The position numbers and the translations under genes are program-made. Positions 1 through 12,240 of a stretch of DNA of 64,000 nt are shown piece by piece; position 1 is the first letter of the stretch; each line of letters starts with the position of its first letter. The stretch is from Adineta vaga (taxonomy: Eukaryota; Animalia; Rotifera): the NCBI GenBank assembly GCA_021613535.1, contig CP075497.1, positions 8,221,488 through 8,285,487 of the forward strand, read 5' to 3'. Under the pieces are notes generated by a model. The model worked only from the letters and a program-made list of their open reading frames with translations, did not search any database and had not been told where the DNA came from.

Positions 1-125
1 CGATCGAAAGAATTTTTTATTATTACTCTGGAATGTTATTCTTATTAATAAAAAGAAAAAAGAAATTGCGATAAAATTTGCTTAGATTTTGAAAGACAAA
101 ATGAACTAGATATGTTTGTTTACTC

Positions 126-2551
126 TTAATATCGGCTAATATCTCGACCAAAGATGTGCGTACGAACCCAATCAAAAGCAAGTAATGTTTTTGTACGTCC
201 AGTGAACATTTCCGTAAAATAAAATGATTTCCATAAATAAGCAGCACTACGACCCGATAATGGTTTTAAATCAACTAAATCAAGAAGTGGTTTTGAACCT
301 GTAAAATCAAAAACAGCTTCATCACCACCAACATATGCTAATGAACCCATATGTTTGTATAGAAATGGTTTTAAATTTTGTTGTTGAAAATCAGTTGAAC
401 GAATATCAGGTAATTGATTGAGTAGATTAGCAACATAACGACCTTCCTGAGATGCAACTTGAGCAGTTGCTGGTAATGCACGAATTTTCTGATCAGCTTT
501 TTCAAGAATCGAACGAAGTGTAGCAAGAGTTAAATAACCAGATTTCTCTTTATCAGCTTCTTCAAACGCTTTTTCAACTTTTTTCGAAAACATATCAAGC
601 TAAAATGAAAATTTCAGATTGTTTGCTTTTCTTTTCATTCATCTACAAACATGAGAAAAGAAAAGAACGATAATAAATAACATACTTGTGGAAATTCTGT
701 AATTTTCTTTTCGACTAATGTTCGAAATTGTTGAAGATCAAGTGAACCTCGATTTTGTGTATCAACTTCTTCAAATAATGATTGTATTCGATCAATTAAT
801 TTTGGTTGTTCAATTGTAGCACAATCTCCAAGAGCAAATATCGATCCATCATCAACACCTTTCACACGTAAATATCGATCGGTAAGCAGACCCATACGAT
901 TACTTTGAATATTCAAACCAATGATTTCTCGAATTTTATTTGTTAATGGTCGAGCTTTGATACCAGTTGCCCAAACAACAATTGAACATGGAATAGATTT
1001 AAGATCAGTTGAACCTTTTAATTGAATAACAACTTCACGTTGTTTGACTTCTTTCACGAATGTATTTATTAAAACTTGGATATTTTCACGATGAAAATGT
1101 CGCTCAGTATAATCACTTATTTTCTTATCCTGAAAACAGAAAAGTACGATTCAAATAATCTAATTTGAATAGTATTGAAAATAAACGAACCATCATTGAT
1201 AAAACATGATCAAGTGCTTCGATTAATGTTATTTTAACATCACTAGCAACTAAACGTGGAAAATAATGTTGAAGATCTTCACGAACAAGATCAGCGAGCT
1301 ACAATTTAATCGAATGCATAGATGACTAAAAATAGAATTCTAGACTCTTGGCATACTTCAGCTGCAAATTCAACACCAGTTGGTCCACCTCCAACAACGA
1401 CAAAATGTAGAAGACGTTTTCTTTCTTCGATTGATTGTGTTGGCGTCATGGCTGATTCAAATGCATCACTAATTGCTGAACGAATACGTCGAGCATCAAG
1501 AAGTTCTTTGAGAAAATGTGCATGTTCTTCAACTCCTGGCGTATTAAATGTATTATTTTCTGAACCAATAGCAACAACAAGAATATCATATTTCATATCA
1601 AATTGTGGTCGTGTTCGGACTAAATAAAAATAATGATGATTATTTGTTTTAGAAAAAGATATTCTTGTACCTGAATCTTTGATAATTCTTGATGAAGCAC
1701 CACTTTCACGTTTTGAAGGTTGTATTACTGCTTTAACATCATCACCACGAGCAACATTTATATTTCCATCAGTATTACATGTAATCACTTTTTCTTTTGG
1801 ATCAATATTAACACAAGTTGCTTCAACAAATTTAATACGTGGACCAATAAGTGAACGAATCGATTCAATTACCGTTCGAGTTTCAACTGTACCAACACTT
1901 ACCGAGGGCAATAATGGTGTCATCAGAAAATAATTACGTGGAGATACACAAACAATTTCGAATTTATTCGTATCAATATGTTTTAATAATGGTACAGCAC
2001 CCCAACCTAGCAAGATACTTGCTCAAAATACATGATCAATTTGAATCTTTACCTGTTCCTAAGATTACTATACGTGGTTTTGTACCAATAGACTTTTCCG
2101 AATCACTCATTTCGTGAAACCATTTATAGTGTTTATAAGCACGATAACTATAAAATGTGCCGAGACCAACGACGGTTATAATAACGATATTTCGTAAACG
2201 TCGTTTTAATCTTGCACCTAAAAGAAAAAGAAAACGATTCAGATTGTTCTAAATAGAAACAAAAACACGTGTCTCAAATATGAACTATTCGGACAGCATC
2301 TTATTCATGAGCATTGTTCTCTGTATCCTTTTAATACTAATACGTCTCAAAATTCTTCACAAACCGAAAGTTTGCTTCACTGGTTGCCTTGAAAACCATG
2401 CAAGATTCCTCGTAATGATTGGTTTGACATCATATAATTGTTTGAACGATAAATTTCGTCGTAAGTTTTTTTCTGTCAATTTTTGAAGAAGCAGAGTTGA
2501 ACGAGAGAACATCTTACTCTCTAAAACAAAAGCGAAATTTTCGAAATACAT
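126..2551 (-). CDS. Type II (alternative, rotenone-insensitive) NADH:ubiquinone oxidoreductase of the NDH-2/NDI1-NDE family, mitochondrial, with a degenerate EF-hand-like insert
   Basis: Six inferred exons on the minus strand at about 2551-2365, 2229-2053, 2006-1357, 1298-1191, 1129-686 and 599-126, separated by GT-AG introns of 46-135 bp. The spliced protein starts with a basic/hydroxylated mitochondrial presequence (MFSRSTLLLQKLTEKNLRRNL...) followed by a TM segment. It carries a first dinucleotide-binding motif (PRIVILGTGWGAV) and a second (HFVVVGGGPTGVEFAAE) that is nearly identical to the yeast NDI1 signature. An EF-hand-like loop (EEVDTQNRGSLDLQQFRTLVE) matches plant/fungal NDB external dehydrogenases but is degenerate at Ca-ligand positions 3, 5 and 12. 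The C-terminus (LKPFLYKHMGSLAYVGGDEAV) is typical of NDH-2. Confidence 0.8.
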
Positions 2552-4119
2552 TCATGTTATTTATTATGTCATATAATTAAAAGAGAAAGATTAAATGAAA
2601 AAAAAACCCACGAACGAAAACTATGCACGAATATTATTTCATTGGCTGATGCTTTAGAACCAGTAAGATATTTTTTATTTAAGTCATTTCCACACGATCG
2701 ATGGCGCTATAAAATACTCGTCTAATTTGACAGTAACGCAAGTAAAATAACAAACGTGTCCTCTCATAGAATCGTAAAGACCTCTAGATAACGTCTTTAT
2801 CCTTTTCCATCAAAAAATATTAGGAATATTCTAAATGAAGAGGGTGTGGGTGAGGATCATACTTAAATAATTGAATAGTTGAATTGAACTTTCAAGTTTG
2901 ATATTACCGTATACTTTTCAAGAGTAACTACTTTTAAATTTATAGATGTGTGACTTTCGTCTACTATATGTAATTCATGTATTGAAAGAAAGATTATATG
3001 ATTTTACCAAGATTTGATTGATAGTCTTATCACAAGCATGTAAAATAATGGTTTTTTGGAAAGTAACTACAGAATGAAGTATCACTCCTAACTGACATCT
3101 TTCGAGGAAAGAAACTTGATGCTATGAGTGGTCAGTTCCCTAGATTCATTTGTTTTAGTTAATGAACTTCGAAGTTCGACTATTGAAATGGCAAAATTTG
3201 GTCAAGTTGGTTGAAGTAATGTATAGATAAATCGAAATTTGTTCGAATCCACTTTTGAGAACATGTTACTCGATGATGATTTATGGTCTTTGATCCATTT
3301 TATGAAATAATTTCAATATATCTGCCTTTCTTGGACTGAGAGTAACAAGAAATATTTCATTTTATCAAAAATTAAACTACTTTATTTTTAACTCAAACAA
3401 GGTTTTAGTGATAATGACTATCGTATCAATATTCATATTCGTTCCACCAATCATCGCCGTAAAAATTGTTTGTTCCATTATTGAAAGAACATACCCTGTC
3501 AGCTTCAAATAAATATGTTTGTTAGATCAATACATATGATAATCGTAAATGATCTTTACAAAAAGTATATTTTAGATAGATCGAAGAAAATTTAATCATT
3601 TCTATATGAGATTTCTAGTCAAATCGAATAATGACTATGTGGTATGCTAGTTCCGATGTTCGAATCTACTCTCGAGACTAGAGTCAGGGATGTCTCTTTC
3701 AGTGGCACATAACTGTTCATGCTCTCGATATATTAACGATTTCCAACAATTTTATCACTATACATTCGGAGATTTTCATTCTTCAAATGATCGATATGAA
3801 GTTGTTGTACAATCATATTGTTATTTTCTTATCGAACTTGTATTTTTGTATTTACAGTTGATCAAAATCTTTCATATACTAATCTCTATTGTACTGATAA
3901 CAAGCGAGCGCTTAAAAGACTTTTTTTTGAATTTTGAACAAATATTTTTGAAGAATTTTTTGATCTTACCAAATGGCGCTTATTTTTTATCATTACTATT
4001 TGTCATTTAATTTGTTTTTACCTTCGACTATGTTTTTGTGCTATGTAATTTTCTTCATTTTTCTGAAACATTCCGAAACGATAAATATTACTAATCATAA
4101 TATACGAAAAATCGAACAA

Positions 4120-6896
4120 ATGTTTCCATTACCAACCAATGACCAAATGGAAATGCTTGCTGCTCAATTCAATCAAAATCCTAATTGGGAACATGGAAAT
4201 ATGCCTTTGACATTATCAGATATAGAGGAAACGACTCCAAATGATATTACAATCAGTTCACCTAAAAAAATTGGACCTGGCATTATTAAAGAAGGTCATC
4301 GTTTTCTTCCTGAACGACATCATGGATATCCAATTGATGGCAGGGGAGTTCATCCTGATTCGGAACATCATATATTTCTTGTTCGACATGGTAAACGAAA
4401 GAAAAAAGTGAACAAGATATGTATCAGTCGATTGTTTAGGTTTATATTTAAATACAGAAGATGATGCATCTTCACATCTACTTCGATACGGAAAATATCA
4501 AGCTCGAATGGCAGGCGATAAACTCAATTATATCATTCGAGATATAATTGAAAAGATAGGTCCTCTAACACGACCCATTAAATTAGTATCGAGTACACAA
4601 ACACGTGCATTTGAAACTCTTTATAATATTCGTTTACAACTTAGTAATGATTTTCCATATGAAACAGAATTTATTCAAGATACTGGTCTTACTGAATGCG
4701 TGTATGATTTTGTTTTCATTATTTTTCATCATTCTGAAACTGAAAAAGAAATAGACGAACGACTTAAACTTATAGACAACGATTAGTTTTCGAATATTAA
4801 TAATTTTCTTCTATTATTAGTGATATCAATAAAATACGTCTTCGTTGGATGTATTTTGTTCGTGAATATTTACAACCAATAAAATCAGATGAACGTGAAC
4901 ATACCATAACAATTATTGCTAGTCATGGAAATCTTTTAACAAGTTTTTCTTATATTATTAATAATTTCATTCACGAAAATCAACCTTATAATACATTTCA
5001 TCATTTCAATTTCCCTATTTCAACAGGAGTAACACATGCAGGAATATTATATTACAAGACGTATGGAAGTGAGCCAATTACTCAGCGAAGTTATATGCGT
5101 CAAGATGAAATTCCTATAACAGTTAATCATGCTCAATTAGGACGAGATTGGTTATATGAATGGGCTGCTCAACATCAATGTAGAGTAAGTAAAAACAAGA
5201 GCAACATTTCTTTTGTTCTATTGACAAAAAACTTATCGAATTCTATCCTTTTTCTTTCCTAATTCAAGTCAAATTATGGTCTCGACAATATGGAAAGATA
5301 CATCGCAGCTGCAATTACGCGTCTTGTTTTCAGTGTTGATAATTTTAGAAATTCATTACCTAACTATGTGGATATTCTTCACATGGAAATGGTAGAAGAA
5401 TATGAAACACATATTTTACCGATGTTAATGCATACTTGTCGTACATATCTCTATCATCTATCTTTAATGCGAACTAATACAGAGTTTCAATCATTTCATC
5501 GTTTAATGTCACCAGTACCGATTCCTGAAAGTGAAGCTGAACAAGGTACACCAGTATCACCACCAACCGATCGATTCAGTGCATATGCTTTGCCATATCC
5601 AGTTGATAATAGTATTCTCGGATTTGCTGGAAATGGTGATTTTCATCTAGCTTGGCTTTCACCTGATATAGTCAATCCAGAATCACGAAAACTTATCTTT
5701 TTACTACGACACGATAAGTAGCATATCAACATAATACACTCATAAACTATTTCCATTTTTACTTTTCTATCTTCTACGACTTAATGTTGATACTGGCGAT
5801 GAAAAAACATCATACCTTACTCGTCTTGGTATTAATCATGTACGTGCTGTAGTACAACAAATACATTATACTATTCATCGATATATGGAAGACTTGCCTA
5901 AGAATGCTCGCGTCTTACCAATTAGTGTAGTCAATGATCCAATACTCGCATCAGCTGAAACATGTTCTCATGTTCGAAGTCTTCTATTAACTGGAGAGTA
6001 TAATTTATCTGAACAAATGACAGATATTGGTCTAGAATTCAATTATTTTCAAAGAAGTATACATATGTTGAATTCATAGAAAGTAATTCCTTTCTTTTGT
6101 GAATATTAAAGAATCGAGAGATTTCAACATCTACCAACGTATGCAAGAGCATTATGCGTTCGAACGATATTTTCGTGCTGATCAAATGGAGCCCAAACGG
6201 CCTTCATTTCAGGTTCATGTTTTATGTGGAGAAGGACGATTCTTTTCAGGGCTTCGTCAAAGTTTCATTGAACTTAATCTACTTAGTAGACCATTACCAG
6301 AGGGAATACCACTAACTGGACGACTTGGTAATGGATTAAGTCATGCTGAAGCATTATTTTTCGAAGCAATTGGTTCTGATACTTTAAAATTACATAAATC
6401 ATTGGTTATAGATAGAGCAAGAGATCTTCCCGATAAACAATCAGTATCGACACGTTCTTCACTAATAATACCAATACCTGAAGTTCTAGCTTGGATACGT
6501 GATCGAAATGGACCTTGTACATTAAAACATTTTCTTAAAAATAAAAATCATTTATCTCAACAAATCAGTATTGGAAGTACTTATTATCATCATAAGCTCG
6601 TTAATGTACTAAAAGAAGAATGGAATCCATATCTTGCTGGTATTGAGATATCTTCATTTATATAGGAAATTGATTCATCACGAAGCTTATCTATTCTTTC
6701 AGGAATGTTTATCTATGCTTGTCGTCTTCAACTTACTTCATCTGATGCACGTGGATCTCAACGAGCACGAACTGCAAGCAAACAAACTGGAACTTCAAAT
6801 CAATGTCGAAGAGGAGATGGTGAGGATGGTGACGGTGCTACTGATTCAGCAACAGCAGCAGCAGCGGCGGCAGATCCTTCAGGTGATTGTACTTAA
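4120..6896 (+). CDS. Histidine phosphatase superfamily (branch 1, phosphoglycerate-mutase-like) protein with a long C-terminal extension of unknown function
   Basis: Coding blocks on the plus strand at about 4120-4390, 4458-4701, 4821-5184, 5269-5721, 5885-6056, 6112-6639 and 6703-6896. The catalytic RHGE motif is restored only after splicing (LVRHG|E across a 67-bp intron). A second family motif is VSSTQTRAFET (SSxxxRAxxT), and the EREHTITIIASHG motif supplies the distal His. The C-terminal half (blocks from 5269 onward) has no recognisable domain. Junctions 4701/4821 and 5721/5885 are not confidently resolved. Confidence 0.5.
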
Positions 6897-8130
6897 ATGA
6901 TAATCGATTTATCGATATATATATATATATGTATCTAATTTCCCTTTTTTATATTATGTTTAATAATATTTATTGAAAATAAATTCTTAAAAAAGAACTT
7001 TTGACATCTTTATCATGATGGCTTTTGCTTTCTGTAATATCGAATTTGCATGTCATTATTGTTCATACTTCATTATATTGCTAAGGCCGGATGCGTTGCT
7101 TTTCTCACGACATAAATGTCCTTCGACTCTAACGACAAAAAAGCGTCTTGTTGTTGTTGTCATTGTCAGATCCAATGATCAAAAAGGCGGTACGAAGTTT
7201 GCCGTTTTTCTTCCCACCCTCAAAAAAAACACAACTCCATGCATGCAAACAATACTATCCTATTTCAACTCTGTCAGTGTCTTGTTCATCATTAGTTTCT
7301 TTTTTCTCGACCTCATCTGTCCGTCTGATAATATAAGAAATAAAGACATGTTCAAGTATCTACAGTCATCGTCCATGCAATTATTATCTAGTTAACATAC
7401 ATACACGCATCTTCTTTCATTCACTTGTTCATTGCACGCGCAATCGACAATAGAAACATAAAAAGAAATGCAAATTTTGCTCATTGCAGATTAAAATGAG
7501 GTCATCAAATGACGTAAAGAAAAAGGACCTTTACTTGATTATTCTCATCAACATCATTCAATGAACAACGTACAGTAGTTTTCAAGTGACCTTTTTTCTT
7601 TTATTCTACTTCTAATCTACGCTTTCATATAATCAAGAGCAATCTGTCTGTATATAAAGTAAGATTGAAACTAAATGAATTTCATATGATTTTAATTATT
7701 CTTTCTTTGTCAATGAGTTTTGACTAGACGACAAACATGCTTTTTTCTTCTTCTTCTTCTATGAATAAAAGAGATTTAGATATCTGATAATGAACATCGA
7801 ATCATTCAAGTTGTTCACGTGGGTGATTTTTTCTAATTAATGTTTTCGACAGTTATCTATTCATGCTTGATCGATTGATTAAGGAGTAGCTTAATGATCT
7901 ACTTGAAAATAACATTCGAATTGATCTAACAATTTATTAAAATTTCTAGATGTATATACTGTTCAATGAATATTGTCTTTGTTTAATGTTGCAAAGTAAC
8001 GAAAAGAAATAAAACAAAAAAAAGCAAAAAATTATTCAAAGTTAGTTGTCGACGAGAACAATTGGCTAATAAAGCACTAATACGTTGATGTTTCAAAATA
8101 TCTAAATAAAGAAAAATAAAATTAATCAAA

Positions 8131-8980
8131 ATACTATACATACACACACACGTCAAATTGTCTACCTTTTTCAACAACTACTTTCGCACTTAGCCGTTGA
8201 CGTCTATAGGCACATGTCCAAATGCCTGTATGAAATATATGAGCAGTATTGATAATTAAAAATGAAGAGAAAGTATTATTCATTGATTTTCTTCGAATAT
8301 ATACATCATGTGGTTTAGTTTTATTCATTTGATTGGATAAGAAATGCCAAGTAATTGGCGATTGCTTGCTATTTGTATTGTTATGTTCAGTGATTAGAAG
8401 ACTGCAGTTTAAGAGAATGTTTGCACCTGGTTCGACATATACAGTCGTTGGATAAAGTATCATCGGCATTTGTATATGTAAATGAATATAAACACTCACA
8501 CTTGCTTTTCGATTCGCTATTTTACACATATGTTCCTTCATCCAATTGTCGTAATTGATAAATTTCCAATGACCATAAGGAATCTCTTGGTGATATTGAA
8601 TAAAATGAGATTGAATAACGTGTATCAGTTGTAAATAGTTGTTTTCCAACAGCTAATGGTGATAATAAAGATGAAGATGAATCAAGTTTAAACCATGTCA
8701 CATGATGTTCACCTAAATCACGTACATGACATGTTAAAATAGCTGTTGATGAAATATTTAATGTTTGATTATATGTTTCAGTAAGAATTTGTGGAAACGT
8801 GTTAACAGCTGTAGTTATTTGTATCATTAAGAAAACTAAAGGAAAACGTATAAACAATCCGAATATAAAAATGAGTATTTAATCAGTAACAATCATGTAT
8901 GATTGTTAATGGAATGTTAATGACTTACTGAAACTATAGAATAAGAAGGCGTCTTTAGTTGAAAGAAAAATCTTGTTCAT
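8131..8980 (-). CDS. Small secreted or membrane protein with two immunoglobulin-like domains
   Basis: Minus-strand exons at about 8980-8929 (MNKIFLSTKDAFLFYSF signal-peptide start), 8835-8526 and 8494-8131. Domain 1 is LTCHVRD...VTWFK...RYSISF...LEIYQLRQLDEGTY. Domain 2 is LNCS...ITWHF...FHTGIWTCAY. Exons 2 and 3 are joined by a candidate 31-bp GTAAAA...AG mini-intron that removes the frame conflict between ORFs 8522-8857 and 8134-8649. Domain 1 lacks the second canonical Cys under this model. Confidence 0.45.
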
Positions 8981-9241
8981 TTTTAGAAATTTCAATATTC
9001 AACATGATTGAAATATCTGAGTCATTGGTTGAAAATCATTGTTATAAAAATTAAACGTAACGATTGATTTTCTTTTTTTGTATAATTACTAGTACATGTT
9101 GATACTCTGTAGTAGAGAGATGAATGAAACAACGTATACAAGAGAAGATGAATAGAGATTATGCTTATATATTCTCTCTTGTGACGATAAGGGAAAGGCA
9201 AAAAGGAAAGCGATGAAGAAGAAGAAAAAGAAGAAGAAGAC

Positions 9242-9268
9242 GATGATGATGATGATGATGATGATGAC
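9242..9268. repeat. (GAT)n microsatellite
   Basis: A perfect GAT x 8 run, flanked by GAA/GAC-rich purine repeats at 9215-9280. Confidence 0.9.
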
Positions 9269-10932
9269 GACGAGAAGGGGAGAGAAAAGAAAAATAAACT
9301 TAGACTAATGGAATTAGGACTAGAGAAAAAAGATATCTAACTTAGCCATGTTGATTAAAGCTGGCGAGAAAAAAGCGTATACATACAAAAACAAGAGACA
9401 TAGAATATTCATTAATTTTGTGTTCAAAAGAAGCTTTTTTTTATGTAATCAAAATAGCTTTCATATACCAATAGAAGAAATACATATTCTCATTTCTTAG
9501 CTTTCTTTTTCCAACACTATCGATCTCTTTCTTATCCGGTGACATTGTCATTGACTAGATCACACATTGGATATTTTATCCTTCAACCTTATGGCAATTA
9601 GTTTTCCTACTGTGCATGATAAAAGTGACAAATACACTTACTGTTTCTAATTCGTTGTCGAAGAAAAAAGAGAAAGAAAGGAAGAAAGGAACGAACTGAA
9701 GACATATCTAGCCGAATCAATTCAATTTTGATGCTTTTCCACTAGCTCGTTTACTCATACAATACACATAAGTACTATTACATGCTGTCACTAAGTTATT
9801 GAGAGTCATTAAATGACAACAGCAAATTGCTTTTTCTCTTATGAATGATTTTTTTTTCAAAAAACAAATATGTTCATATCGTTTTTGCTATTCAAAAATT
9901 GATCATCAAAGAAATGCGAAATGATGAATAGAAAAATCAAGGTTCTTTTTTTCAATTCCTTTTGATTGACTTAAGAGTCATTGTTAATCAAACATCAATT
10001 TCTCAAAAGATTATTCGAAAAACAAAAAAAAAGAAAATAATTACAGAGCTTGTATTGATTAGTCTGCATTTGTTTTCGATCGGAATGCGATCTAAATCAG
10101 TCGATAATAATAACAAAACAGAAAAGATTGAACATATATCCTAGGATGCATGTGCAAGACATTTGTGATGGTGATTAAACGTTAGAGAAATTAATGTGAA
10201 CAACATGACCACAAATACATCATTGTTCAGAGAAGATAGTTTTAGATCATGGTCAAGCATTATTCTTATCTAGATTGATAAGTGACATCGCATATTGTAC
10301 TGTATAGTCTCTAGAGAAGTTCGATGGCCTTGTTTTTATAAGAAGAATATAAACAACAAGTTGAGTTTAATTAGATTGAGCGACATTTTCATTGATATAC
10401 AGAACATGTCTCATTAGAAAAGGGATGATTAATGCTTTTTTCGAATATGTAAAACTCTAATTATTCATTATTGAAATAAATAAAATAGTAGAGAGAAGAT
10501 GCGGATTGTTTTTGATTATCGAATAATGTATGCAATCATTACTATCCTATTTATATTGACCTTTTTCAATCATTTAGATGAGTCTTCTGTTCTTCGTAAT
10601 TCAAGATATATTGAAAGTTGTCTAGTGACATTTAACCGAACAGATATTTTGTAGAAAGAAATTATAATTCGTTTTTTTTAGAAAAGCTGATTTCATTTGT
10701 TATTGTTTTTTTTTGTGATAAGATTATTCGATAATTATCAAAACATAAATTTACATAATAAATCAAGCAATATTCTCATTCAAATCAAATAAGTATTATA
10801 CAAATTCTTTGAAGAAAGTTTTATTTCATAGATAAATATAAGACAATAGTTTGTGCATAAATAGACGCATAATACTACGATAAACAACATTAATATATAA
10901 TTTTTTGCTTTCTTTGGTTCAGTATGATTTAT

Positions 10933-12240
10933 TTATGAATTTCTTCTCTGTGGGTGTTGAGTTCGAACAGTTATTGTTGCCGTAAGTTCCATAGCACTTG
11001 CTCGTGCTCGTCTATCACCTAATAAATATTTGATTTGTAATCGAAATTCTTTACGAAATAATGTCGATGTAAGACAATGACTGTAGAAATTCACCTATAG
11101 ATCAAATGAAGACATACAAATGATATTTTAAGCGAGAAAAAAATATTTACGGCATAATTAAGAGTCTGAAACCATCCTAAACCGACCCAAATACTTGCAA
11201 TAGAAAGAATTTCAGTTGATATACTTTTTTGTCTTGGTGATGCTATTTTGTAAATAGCCACAGGAGTTGTAGTAATAAAAAAAATAGCAATACTTGAAAG
11301 CATAAGAACAAGCAATTGGTTTTGAAGAGTTCTTTGATGTTTACTCTTATTTGTTTCGTGTATAGTATTGCCTGGTTGAACGACAGCTCGTTTACGTGAC
11401 CGAATATTGATATAGATATCAATAAGAAACAATAGCATTAGAATAACTGGAATGATAGATACCACAAAAATCTAAATAATAATATACATTAGATTCTTCT
11501 TCAGGGATAAAACAAATGTTGTCATTCTTTTTACATACCTGCACTATACTCCAATACAAAAAGTAAAATAAGAAGTAGTTTATATCGAATATGGAGGGTC
11601 CACATGCGGCAATTGAAAATCCTGGTATAAGTATTCCATAGAACGGTGCTAATGTTTGAGCATAAAGTCCAATAGCTACTGTAATTAGAACAGCCACGAC
11701 TAACAGAGCCTTTTTTGGTGTACATAAAGAACCAGATTTGTATGGAAATCGCGTACGAATCCATCGATCCAATGATATTGTCACTAATGTCCACGAAGAT
11801 ACGACTTGTGATACATTTGTTATAAATGATCGAAATTTACAAAGCTCATTATATGAAATACGACGATAGAAAGGAATCTATAATTGAAAAAAAGACATTC
11901 AAATGAAAGAGATCCATTCGAAAAAGACTTTTACCTGTAAACCAAACTCAACAAAATCAATAACACATATTGTTAGAAATAATGTGTCAGAAATAGCTAA
12001 GACAATAAATAAACAACCAGTTGAAACTTTTCGTAATGTTAAACGTGAGAAAGTAATTAAACTTGCTATATTACCAATGAAACCAAGTAGGAATGTAATG
12101 GGATAACCAATCTGATAGAATCGAACCACAACGAGAGGATTAACAAAAAGTGCATAGAAATATTCGATAGGATATGTGATAGTTGTGTTTGATCTTATTG
12201 TTGTTGTTGTTGTTGTTTGTGCTAGTGTTGTATTTGCCAT
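10933..12240 (-). CDS. Class A (rhodopsin-like) G-protein-coupled receptor, orphan
   Basis: Four minus-strand exons at 12240-11935, 11877-11539, 11471-11151 and 11094-10933, with introns of 57, 67 and 56 bp. The N-terminus is Thr-rich and carries N-glycosylation sites. TM1 has the GN motif (GFIGNIASL) and TM2 has LAISD. A DRW triplet sits at the TM3/ICL2 boundary (TISLDRWIR). TM5, a basic ICL3 and TM6 follow. TM7 is split by an intron and reads NYAVNFY in place of NPxxY. A helix-8-like FRKEFRLQIKYLL follows. Confidence 0.8.

Noticed and set aside
1851-2117. Plus-strand ORFs (1322-1627, 1679-1933, 1851-2117) overlapping the NDH-2 gene
   Set aside because: They are antisense shadows of conserved NDH-2 coding exons on the minus strand.
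7015-7395. A 126-aa ORF (and the nested 7148-7336 ORF) between the phosphatase-like gene and the Ig-domain gene
   Set aside because: It is low-complexity and hydrophobic with no motif. It lies in a pyrimidine-rich region that looks like UTR or intergenic sequence, and there are no flanking splice signals.
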